From assembly GCA_045542295.1 (NCBI GenBank), contig JAZQKT010000007.1:1-41239 (forward strand): a stretch of 41,239 nt of DNA, read 5' to 3'. Both the position numbers and the translations under genes were made by a program. The notes beneath the pieces were generated by a model. That model saw only the letters and a list, made by a program, of their open reading frames with translations, was not told the DNA's origin and made no database searches. Position 1 is the stretch's first letter. Every line of letters starts with the position of its first letter. This stretch comes from Acutalibacteraceae bacterium (GTDB lineage Bacteria > Bacillota > Clostridia > Oscillospirales > Acutalibacteraceae). Shown here one piece after another: positions 7,868 through 15,333 of the stretch.

Positions 7868-8944
7868 TTAATATTTAATCGGGTTGCTCTTTAAGTATTT
7901 GTTTACCATAAGAGCAATTTTGAATATGATTGCATGATCAAATTCACGCAGATCAAGACCTGTTATTTTCTTGATTTTTTCAAGTCTGTAAACAAGAGTA
8001 TTACGGTGTACGAAAAGCTTTCTTGAGGTTTCGGACACGTTAAGGTTATTCTCAAAGAAACGCTGAATAGTGAAAAGTGTTTCTTGATCAAGGCTTTCAA
8101 TAGAGCCTAATTTGAATACTTCTTTGAGGAAGGTTTCACAAAGTGTGGTAGGAAGCTGATAAATAAGTCTCGCAATACCCAAATTATCATAAGCTATGAT
8201 GGTTTTTTCGTTATCAAAAACCTTGCCTACCTCAAGTGCGGTTTGGGCCTCCTTAAAGGAGCGTGCCAAATCCTTAAGGTTGTCCACAGTAGTACCGATT
8301 CCGATAACTGCGTGGATATAAAATTCACCCGACATAGTGTCAGCAATGGTAGAAGCCAGCTTTTCAATGGTTTTGGGGTCAATGCCGGGCTTGGTTTCCT
8401 TAACAAGGGCAATATCCGTTTCGTTTATGCTGATAACAAAATCCTTTGTTTTATCGGGGAAAAGGTTTTGAACAATATCATAAACCGAAATATCATGATG
8501 CTCGGTAGCGCGGATAAGAATAACCGTACGCATAACATCACTGTTGAAATAAAGCTCACGTGCTTTAAGATAAATATCGCCCGGAAGAATATTATCAAGG
8601 ATGATGTTCTTGATAAAGTTGCTGCGGTCATACTTCTCATCGTAATAGAATTTGATGTTTGTAAATGTAACAGCTAATACAGAAGCGTATTTATTTGCTA
8701 AAACATCTTCTCCCTCAACAAATACTATGTAGTTTGGACCCTGCTGTGAGCCAAGACTTTTATAAGAGATGCCGCCGTTTACGATAAGCTCTGTTCCGAT
8801 AACGGGGAAGCTTTCTACGGTTTCGCCGATTTTGCCTAATTCACTACAGGCAATAACAGTGTAGTTTTCATCAATTATACCGAAGGTGCGGTCAATAGAG
8901 TCCTTCATTTGATGGATAACACCTTGGAAAAGACGGTTTGACAT
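7868..8944 (-). CDS. PucR/CdaR-family transcriptional regulator
   Basis: C-terminal PucR-type HTH (VSETSRKLFVHRNTLVYRLEKIKKITGLDL). 15 nt upstream of ftsE on the same strand. Confidence 0.7.
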   Translation of the reverse strand: MSNRLFQGVIHQMKDSIDRTFGIIDENYTVIACSELGKIGETVESFPVIGTELIVNGGISYKSLGSQQGPNYIVFVEGEDVLANKYASVLAVTFTNIKFYYDEKYDRSNFIKNIILDNILPGDIYLKARELYFNSDVMRTVILIRATEHHDISVYDIVQNLFPDKTKDFVISINETDIALVKETKPGIDPKTIEKLASTIADTMSGEFYIHAVIGIGTTVDNLKDLARSFKEAQTALEVGKVFDNEKTIIAYDNLGIARLIYQLPTTLCETFLKEVFKLGSIESLDQETLFTIQRFFENNLNVSETSRKLFVHRNTLVYRLEKIKKITGLDLREFDHAIIFKIALMVNKYLKSNPIKY

Positions 8945-9154
8945 GGTTTAAAACACTTCCTTTAATATTTAGATAATTAGAATTAATTAAGTATACGCAT
9001 AAAAATTAACATAATACCACAAATTTTATTTTACACAATATTAAGTCAATTTGCAAGCAATAATATTTAAAAATTAAAAAAAGTTACAAATTAGTTACAA
9101 AACATGTCGTTTTTGTTTTGAATACTTTGGCTGATGACGAGTAAGAATTTATTT

Positions 9155-9195
9155 TTACAAAAACAAAAACCGTTCCGAAATTTTCGGAACGGTTT
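9155..9195 (-). terminator. Rho-independent terminator of the rpsF-ssb-rpsR operon
   Basis: AAACCGTTCCGAAA/TTTTCGGAACGGTTT hairpin, followed on the minus strand by TTTTTGTTTTTGT. Confidence 0.75.
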
Positions 9196-9211
9196 AACAT
9201 TAATCGTATAA

Positions 9212-9457
9212 TTAGTCGTTTACATAAGGAAGTAAAGCCATCTGACGTGCACGCTTGATAGCAGTGGTAAGCTCACGCTGATGAGCAGCGCAGGTACCGG
9301 TTGCACGGCGGGGAAGAATCTTTGCACGTTCGGAAATGAACTTGCGAAGACGGGCTACATCCTTATAGTCAATGCTTTCAACACGATCAACGCAGAAATG
9401 GCAAACCTTCTTGCGGGGTTTTTTGTGCATAGGTCTATCGTTTCTCTCGTTTTCCAT
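9212..9457 (-). CDS. rpsR: 30S ribosomal protein S18
   Basis: [63 protein letters not shown] is the canonical S18 sequence pattern. Confidence 0.95.
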   Translation of the reverse strand: MENERNDRPMHKKPRKKVCHFCVDRVESIDYKDVARLRKFISERAKILPRRATGTCAAHQRELTTAIKRARQMALLPYVND

Positions 9458-9488
9458 TGTAAAAGCCTCCTTGTTTTAAAATAATTAA

Positions 9489-9914
9489 TTAGAACGGCAA
9501 ATCGTCGTCCGTAGCATCGCCCAAATCGGCGAAATCGTTAACATCAGCATTGCTGTAAGAAACGGGAGCGGCATCTCCTGCAGGAGCGGCGCCGTCACGT
9601 TTGGACTCAACAAACTGAACGTTATTTACAACTACCTCAAAAGCGGTACGGTTGTTACCGTTTTTATCCTGGTATCTTCTGGTCTGGATAGAGCCTTCAA
9701 TACCGATAAGACTGCCCTTTTTAAAGTATTTTGTGATAAATTCCGCAGATTGACGCCAAGCAACGATGTTGATAAAATCGGTTTGACGCTCTTCTCCGGA
9801 ACGGTAACGGCGGTCAACAGCAATGGAGAAGGTTGTGACGGATAAGCCGTTAGAAGTGGTTTTGAGTTCGGGGTCAGCTGTTAAGCGACCGGTTAAAACT
9901 ACTAAATTAAACAT
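9489..9914 (-). CDS. ssb: Single-stranded DNA-binding protein
   Basis: N-terminal OB fold (MFNLVVLTGRLTADPELK...), a Gly/Ala/Asp-rich linker and the canonical acidic tip DDDLPF. Lies between rpsF and rpsR. Confidence 0.95.
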   Translation of the reverse strand: MFNLVVLTGRLTADPELKTTSNGLSVTTFSIAVDRRYRSGEERQTDFINIVAWRQSAEFITKYFKKGSLIGIEGSIQTRRYQDKNGNNRTAFEVVVNNVQFVESKRDGAAPAGDAAPVSYSNADVNDFADLGDATDDDLPF

Positions 9915-9927
9915 CGTTTATCCTCCA

Positions 9928-10209
9928 TTACTTCTTGATTACCATAACGCGTAAAACGCCGTCGGTAATCTTTACGATACGCTCAAGCTCGGCGGGGAAA
10001 TTGGGCTCGCTTTCAAAATTGTAGAAAACGTAGTAACCCTCAGCCTCGTCATTGATAAGGTATGCAAGACGACGCTTGCCCCAATCATCAACGCTTTCAA
10101 TAGTACCGTTCTTTGCGATAAGGTCATTAATCTTTTCCTTTAATGCTGCGGTAGCTTCTTCGCCACCTGCTACTGAAAAGATAACGCCTGCCTCGTACTT
10201 ATTGGTCAT
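9928..10209 (-). CDS. rpsF: 30S ribosomal protein S6
   Basis: YEAGVIFS...DDWGKRRLAY.I pattern, ~93 aa, first gene of the rpsF-ssb-rpsR operon. Confidence 0.95.
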   Translation of the reverse strand: MTNKYEAGVIFSVAGGEEATAALKEKINDLIAKNGTIESVDDWGKRRLAYLINDEAEGYYVFYNFESEPNFPAELERIVKITDGVLRVMVIKK

Positions 10210-10325
10210 TCTCTTTGCACCTCCCTTTGGACTTTTGGCTTCGCTCGCTGTCGAAGCAAGGAGCTAATGGACATATTTTTCCATTAAGCAAACTGTATTA
10301 TAGCAACTTTTAAAACCCTTGTCAA
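10210..10325 (-). promoter_or_regulatory. Consensus sigma-70 promoter plus structured 5' leader of rpsF (possible S6:S18 autoregulatory leader)
   Basis: The minus strand reads TTGACA (10325-10320), 17-nt spacer, TATAAT (10302-10297). The ~85-nt leader contains the hairpins TAATGGA/TCCATTA and GCTTCG/CGAAGC just before the GGGAGG RBS. Confidence 0.6.
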
Positions 10326-10333
10326 CAAAATTA

Positions 10334-10361
10334 TTGATTTTTTTTGAAATTATTATATAAT
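10334..10361 (+). promoter_or_regulatory. Candidate promoter for coaX (divergent from the rpsF promoter)
   Basis: TTGATT (10334-10339), 16-nt spacer, TATAAT (10356-10361). Confidence 0.4.
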
Positions 10362-10397
10362 ATAGGATAGAAAGACAAAGCAGAAAGGAAGATTTTT

Positions 10398-11162
10398 ATG
10401 CTTCTTACGGTCGATATAGGTAACACGAATATAACATTAGGCGCTTATGACGGCGGCGTGCTGGCTTTTACTGCAAGACTTGCTACAGAGACCGCAAAAA
10501 CTGCCGATCAATATGCCGTAGAGCTTAAAAGCTTGCTTTCGCTTAATGACATCGAAAGCTTTGAAATAGAGGATTGTATTATTTCGTCTGTAGTTCCATT
10601 GGTTGGTAAAAGCGTAAGCTCGGCGGTGTCAAAACTTTGTCACATTGTTCCGCTTATGCTGGGACCGGGTGTTAAAACGGGACTTAATATAAAAATAGAT
10701 AATCCGGCACAGCTTGGTGCGGACCTTGTTGCAGGTGCAGTAGGAGCGCTTGATTCTTACACTATGCCCTGTGTAATAATAGATATGGGTACGGCCTCTA
10801 CCGTAAGCGTTTTGGACCGAAACGGTACATTTTTGGGCGGTGCCATTGCCGCAGGTGTAAGACTCACACTTAAAGCGCTTACTGAAAATACGGCACAGCT
10901 AACCTCAATTCCCATTGAAGCTCCAAGCTCTGTTATCGGCAGAAATACCATTGAATGTATGCAGTCGGGTCTGGTTTACGGAACTGCCGCAATGATTGAC
11001 GGTCTGCTTGAAAAAATTGAGGAGGAGCTTGGCGAAACACCCACAGTGGTAGCTACGGGCGGCCTTTCAAGAGAAATTATCACTCACTGTAAGAAGGATA
11101 TAATTTACAGCGAAAATCTGCTTTTGGATGGACTTCGTGCAATTTACGAAAAAAACAACTAA
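10398..11162 (+). CDS. coaX: Type III pantothenate kinase
   Basis: N-terminal MLLTVDIGNTNITLG actin-fold phosphate-1 motif. Length and the GGL...D pattern fit CoaX. Confidence 0.9.
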   Translation: MLLTVDIGNTNITLGAYDGGVLAFTARLATETAKTADQYAVELKSLLSLNDIESFEIEDCIISSVVPLVGKSVSSAVSKLCHIVPLMLGPGVKTGLNIKIDNPAQLGADLVAGAVGALDSYTMPCVIIDMGTASTVSVLDRNGTFLGGAIAAGVRLTLKALTENTAQLTSIPIEAPSSVIGRNTIECMQSGLVYGTAAMIDGLLEKIEEELGETPTVVATGGLSREIITHCKKDIIYSENLLLDGLRAIYEKNN

Positions 11163-11308
11163 CGGCAATAACCTGTGGCTTTTATTCTGAAAAGGTGGAA
11201 AAAACACGGAGCCGACAGTGATTTCCAACCACAAAACTGATAAGGGCTTTAGGCTTGCATATATTATTATGAGCTGTACCTTAAAGGACAGCATCGGAGG
11301 TAATTTAA

Positions 11309-11905
11309 ATGACAAATTCAGAAAAAAGAAAAGAACAGACAAAAAAATTGGTACTCGGTGCAGTAATGACTGCGTTGGTAATAATACTACAGTCGATTGC
11401 TAAATTTACTGCGTTTTTTGGACCTTTTTCAAGTGCAGTGGCATTAGTACCTATTGTAATCGGAGCAGCTATGTGCGGCACCGCAGTAGGCGCATGGCTG
11501 GGTTTTGTTTTTGGTGTTGTTGTATTAGCAACAGGTGATGCCGCATTGTTTTGGATGTTTGATATTCCCGGAACATTTATAACTGTACTTGCAAAGGGTG
11601 CGGCTTGTGGTTTATGTGCCGGTTTGGCATACAAGCTGTTGGAAAAATTCAACCGATTTGTTGCTGCTTATGCTGCCGCAATAGCCTGCCCTATCATTAA
11701 TACGGCAGTATTTTTGCTTGGTTGCTTTGTATTTTTTATGGACAGTGCAGACAAAATTGCGGCTCAATTAGGATTAAATGTTTCAGGAATGGCACTTTTC
11801 TGGACTCTTGCTATGGGGAATTTCCTTTTTGAGTTGGGAACAAGTATTGTTTTAAGCCCTGTAATAGTAAGAGTTTTAAGCATTGAAAAGAAAAGTAAAA
11901 TTTAA
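11309..11905 (+). CDS. Small multi-pass membrane protein resembling an ECF-transporter S (substrate-capture) component
   Basis: 198 aa, about six Gly/Ala-rich TM helices, basic N-terminus. A pantothenate substrate is only a guess from adjacency to coaX. Confidence 0.55.
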   Translation: MTNSEKRKEQTKKLVLGAVMTALVIILQSIAKFTAFFGPFSSAVALVPIVIGAAMCGTAVGAWLGFVFGVVVLATGDAALFWMFDIPGTFITVLAKGAACGLCAGLAYKLLEKFNRFVAAYAAAIACPIINTAVFLLGCFVFFMDSADKIAAQLGLNVSGMALFWTLAMGNFLFELGTSIVLSPVIVRVLSIEKKSKI

Positions 11906-11918
11906 CAGGGAGTAATAT

Positions 11919-12845
11919 ATGGCATTTTTGCATTTTTTGGAGAATTTAAGAAACCCCGTGTGCGATGCGTTTTTTTCTGTCGTTACGCATCTTGGTGAAG
12001 AAACCTTTTTTATTGTGTTTGGGCTTATCTTTTTTTGGTGCATTAACAAAAAAGAGGGCTATTATCTGCTGTCAATAGGCTTTATAGGTACGGTTTTAAA
12101 TCAGTTTTTAAAGCTTTTTTTCAGAGTGCCTCGCCCATGGGTTAAGGATAAAAGCTTCACCATTGTTGAGTCGGCAAGGGCAGAGGCTACAGGATATTCC
12201 TTCCCGAGCGGACATACCCAATCCTCGGTTGGAATTTTCGGAGGTATGGCACGCTGGAATAAAAATTTTGTCTTTAGAACAATTTGTATTTTGCTTTGTG
12301 TGCTGGTGCCTTTTTCAAGAATGTATCTCGGGGTACATACACCGGCAGATGTTTTGGTTTCTGTGGCTATAGGACTGGTTCTTATTTTCGGACTTTATCC
12401 GATTATCCACAAATGCTTTGAAAACATAAAGGCTATGCGGATTTTGCTTATAGTAATGGTTGCTTTGTCGGCAGGACTTTTAAGCTTTGTTTTGCTTTAT
12501 AATTTTCCTAAAGATGTTGACGCAAAGAATCTTGAAAGCGGAATCAAAAATGCCTATAAAATGCTTGGCTGTACCTTGGGTATATTTATTGCATTTGAAG
12601 TTGATAACAGGTTTATAAAATTTAAAACTGACGGCATATTTTCAGCACAAATTCTTAAATTGGCGCTTGGTGTAATTCCGATACTCGGTATAAAGGCAGG
12701 GCTTAAGGCTCCGCTTTATGCCCTTTTCGGCGGAAGCTTTTTGGCTGACGGTGTGCGCTATTTTCTGATAGTGGTTTTTGCCGGCTGTGTTTGGCCGTTG
12801 ACCTTTAAGTATTTTGCCAAAATAGGGGAAAAGCAGAGGCCATAA
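11919..12845 (+). CDS. PAP2-family (type 2 phosphatidic acid / undecaprenyl-PP-like) phosphatase with extra C-terminal TM helices
   Basis: The three PAP2 motifs: KLFFRVPRP, SFPSGHT, SRMYLGVHTPADV. Confidence 0.8.
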   Translation: MAFLHFLENLRNPVCDAFFSVVTHLGEETFFIVFGLIFFWCINKKEGYYLLSIGFIGTVLNQFLKLFFRVPRPWVKDKSFTIVESARAEATGYSFPSGHTQSSVGIFGGMARWNKNFVFRTICILLCVLVPFSRMYLGVHTPADVLVSVAIGLVLIFGLYPIIHKCFENIKAMRILLIVMVALSAGLLSFVLLYNFPKDVDAKNLESGIKNAYKMLGCTLGIFIAFEVDNRFIKFKTDGIFSAQILKLALGVIPILGIKAGLKAPLYALFGGSFLADGVRYFLIVVFAGCVWPLTFKYFAKIGEKQRP

Positions 12846-12847
12846 GT

Positions 12848-13135
12848 ATGACGGTTGATGAAATTTTAAAACCGATGATTGAAGAAGAATTAAAAAGATA
12901 TGAAGAACTCGGAAATAATATAAAACTTAAGTCTGTACGCTCTTTGCGACGGAGGTATACTGTTACGGCACTTATTGCTTTGGTTGTATTATTTCCGCTT
13001 CTTTTTATCACCATACCGGTGTACATTTATAAAATGAAAAGGCTTTCTGACAAAGCAGAGGTTATTTTGACATTGGCAAAGAAGTCCCCCGATAAGACGA
13101 TACCACAGCTTATTGCAGAGGAAATTGCCGAATAA
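12848..13135 (+). CDS. Hypothetical small membrane protein
   Basis: The ATG lies 2 nt after the PAP2 stop. One central TM segment (VTALIALVVLFPLLFITIPVYIY). No family recognised. Confidence 0.45.
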   Translation: MTVDEILKPMIEEELKRYEELGNNIKLKSVRSLRRRYTVTALIALVVLFPLLFITIPVYIYKMKRLSDKAEVILTLAKKSPDKTIPQLIAEEIAE

Positions 13136-13210
13136 AACATTAGTTGTTTGGCCAAATAGTGTTTAAGGGATCTTTAAAAATTTAGTTATAAATAATTCTT
13201 GGAGTTTGAA

Positions 13211-14959
13211 ATGAACAGATTTATTCATTTACTGTATGTTCCTACAATGAATTGCAATATGAGCTGTAAATATTGCTATTTGGGAGAAAATACGGTTGAG
13301 CTTAAAAGCGATAAGGGCTATTTGGAAACCCTTAAATTTGCTGTTGAAAAGTTCAAAGCGGAGGAGGTTATTCCGTTTAATATTTCTTTGCACGGTGGGG
13401 AGGTTACCACCCTTTCAAAGGAAAATTTCAGAGAAATTATAGAATACATAAGCAATTATTATGAGGAAAACGGTGAGCTTATCCGTGAAAACGGGTTTAA
13501 AGTTAATAAGCCACACATAAAAACAAATCTTTTTTGTCTTGACAGACACATTGAAACCCTTAAGGAATTTGATGTAAGCATAAGCGGCAGCTTGGATTTA
13601 CCCCTTTCGTTGCACGATGAATACCGTGTCACAAAGGGCGGCAAAGGAACGTTGGAGACAATACTTAAAAACATCCAAATGCTCTCTACGCTGCCTAATA
13701 GAAAAAAAGTATCGGCTACAATTTTTGAGGAGCATTTTAACAGATTAGATGAAATTGTAAGTGATATTCGTTTTTTGGCAGATAACACCTGCCTTAATAT
13801 GAATGATTTTAATTTTATGATAGGCTTTACACCTCAAACCGAGAGTGAGGTAAAGCTTACGGCTCTTTCCGAAAAAAACCAGGTTGCCTTATATGAGCGT
13901 ATGAAAAAAGAGTTTGCGGGCACCGATTTGGAGGAGGGGCTTCGTGGTGCTTGGTTTGCGGAATTCACGCCTGCATATTGCACAAATTGTGACAATTGCG
14001 GAGAAAAGTTTTTCTTGCTTGAAAAAAACGGTGATATTTATTCCTGCGTAAGAGGACAAGGTAATCCCGATTTTTATTACGGAAATATTTACCGTGATTC
14101 TGTTGAACAAATTTTTGGTACTGCCAAAGCAAAGATATTTTTAGCCCATAACCGACAGGGATTTACAGAGGAATGCGGAAATTGTGAGCATTTACATCTC
14201 TGCAAAACAGGCTGTCCATACGTTAAAACGATTTACGGCAGCAGTAAATCTTATACCTGCCGTTTGCAGAAAAAGATTTATGCGGACGGTGAATATGAGG
14301 CTATCCCCGAAAATTTTGCGTACCATTACCTTTTGAAAAATCATCCCGAAGAGGCTGAACAATACTTTAAAACAGAGTATGATGCAAACAGCCTGCCCGC
14401 ACTTATAGAGCGTGACCCTAAATTGCAGGCGGTTTATGACCCCGAAGCCTTTGTTTTGAGTGTTGACGGTGTTGAGCATAAGCTTCAGTCACAGCTTTTA
14501 AAGCGCACACGGGATTTCGTATTTATTGGCAACCAAAGCAGTATAAAGCTATATGTTAAGGAAGACACAATGGACGCTTTAAGCGATTATCCGATTAACA
14601 ATGCACTGTATATTCAACTGCTCAGCGGTGATACGGTGGTTTACGGTGATGAGCAACGTGAAAAGCAAGAGCATATTATGACACATTTGATTTATAAAAG
14701 AACGGTTGCGGCAGAAAAATCCGACAAAACGGGATATTACTGTGTTGATTTGAGCGATTTGCTTAAGATTTACGGTCCTCGGCTTTCCAAAGAAAAACCC
14801 AATAATTTGTTTTTCACTACAGCCGCACTGCGAGACTATCACTATTCAAAGCAAAAAAATAATGGTTTTTACCATATAAACGCATTGAATTTGCCTTTCC
14901 AAAACATTGAATTATTTTATTTTGATTTTAATAACCGAGAGGAGTTTTCTTATGATTAG
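13211..14959 (+). CDS. Radical SAM/SPASM-domain enzyme with a long uncharacterised C-terminal extension (rSAM-1)
   Basis: CX3CX2C at residues 15-22 (CNMSCKYC). GGE-type SAM motif (SLHGGEVT). Full SPASM Cys pattern: CGEKFFLLEKNGDIYSC (CX10GX4C), CGNCEHLHLCKTGC (CX2CX5CX3C), then YTC. The ATG at 13211 is preceded by GGAG; the ORF-track TTG at 13199 is less likely. Confidence 0.9.
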   Translation: MNRFIHLLYVPTMNCNMSCKYCYLGENTVELKSDKGYLETLKFAVEKFKAEEVIPFNISLHGGEVTTLSKENFREIIEYISNYYEENGELIRENGFKVNKPHIKTNLFCLDRHIETLKEFDVSISGSLDLPLSLHDEYRVTKGGKGTLETILKNIQMLSTLPNRKKVSATIFEEHFNRLDEIVSDIRFLADNTCLNMNDFNFMIGFTPQTESEVKLTALSEKNQVALYERMKKEFAGTDLEEGLRGAWFAEFTPAYCTNCDNCGEKFFLLEKNGDIYSCVRGQGNPDFYYGNIYRDSVEQIFGTAKAKIFLAHNRQGFTEECGNCEHLHLCKTGCPYVKTIYGSSKSYTCRLQKKIYADGEYEAIPENFAYHYLLKNHPEEAEQYFKTEYDANSLPALIERDPKLQAVYDPEAFVLSVDGVEHKLQSQLLKRTRDFVFIGNQSSIKLYVKEDTMDALSDYPINNALYIQLLSGDTVVYGDEQREKQEHIMTHLIYKRTVAAEKSDKTGYYCVDLSDLLKIYGPRLSKEKPNNLFFTTAALRDYHYSKQKNNGFYHINALNLPFQNIELFYFDFNNREEFSYD

Positions 14960-15329
14960 CGTTAAACCTACTACCTACAATGAGGCTTTGAGACTTTCAA
15001 GATGCTTTCAAATGCGGACCTATTCGCCGGAGATTACCGATGAGATTATAGAGTCAACTTATAATTTTGTGTCTGAAAATCCTGCAAATAAGGTTGGAAT
15101 GTCTAACGGAACTATTTATTTTGTAAATGCACAAGGCGAAAAAACAAAGGTTTATGCTGTATCAACAAGTGATACCTTTGACAGTCTGGTGCTTAGCGCA
15201 TCTCTGTTTAGAGTGGTAAATAAGAGTGTGGATAATGGCGGCTGCGGCTGCGGTTGTTCAAGCAATAACAACAACAATAATAACAATAACAATAATAACA
15301 ACAATAATAATAACAATAATAACGGTTAA
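14952..15329 (+). CDS. Candidate radical-SAM substrate (precursor peptide or small protein): ~100-aa N-terminal region + GGCGCGCSS + Asn20 + Gly
   Basis: The ATG at 14952 lies 7 nt after GAGGAG and overlaps the rSAM-1 stop by 8 nt. The C-terminus is ...VNKSVDNGGCGCGCSSNNNNNNNNNNNNNNNNNNNNG*. It is sandwiched between two SPASM enzymes. Confidence 0.65.
   Translation: MISVKPTTYNEALRLSRCFQMRTYSPEITDEIIESTYNFVSENPANKVGMSNGTIYFVNAQGEKTKVYAVSTSDTFDSLVLSASLFRVVNKSVDNGGCGCGCSSNNNNNNNNNNNNNNNNNNNNG
15264..15323 (+). repeat. Imperfect (AAY)20 trinucleotide tract encoding 20 consecutive Asn
   Basis: 11 AAT and 9 AAC codons interleaved irregularly (aat aac aac aac aat aat aac aat aac aat aat aac aac aat aat aat aac aat aat aac). 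Confidence 0.95.
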
Positions 15330-15333
15330 GCGT

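Noticed and set aside
9082-9101. Direct repeat AGTTACAAA-tt-AGTTACAAA, with 11-nt periodicity, upstream of the PucR-like regulator gene.
   Set aside because: It is short and AT-rich in an AT-rich intergenic region. There is no second supporting occurrence, so the evidence for a binding site is insufficient.
11305-11652. 115-aa minus-strand ORF antisense to the ECF S-component-like gene. The same applies to the long antisense ORFs 6531..7058, 35095..35580, 36111..36560 and 36843..37238.
   Set aside because: All lie fully inside strongly supported genes on the opposite strand (ftsX, hisF, hisA, hisH). Their Ser/Pro/Ile-rich composition is typical of antisense frames.
13136-13210. I looked for a dedicated promoter or terminator separating the rSAM operon from the upstream coaX/ECF-S/PAP2 genes.
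   Set aside because: Only weak hexamers (TATAAA with a poor -35) are present and there is no hairpin terminator. I cannot decide from the sequence whether the operon has its own promoter or is read through from upstream.
15226-15333. The ORF track extends the K+ channel frame upstream (MWIMAAAAAVVQAITTTIITITIITTIIITIITVKR...) across the poly-Asn tract. This suggested either an N-terminally extended channel or a frameshift fusion of the precursor to the channel.
   Set aside because: The open +1 frame is an automatic by-product of AAT/AAC repeats reading as ATA/ACA (Ile/Thr). The channel is already a complete 6-TM unit from MRNRIYQ..., a typical N-terminus for this family. There is no slippery site or RBS for the upstream starts.
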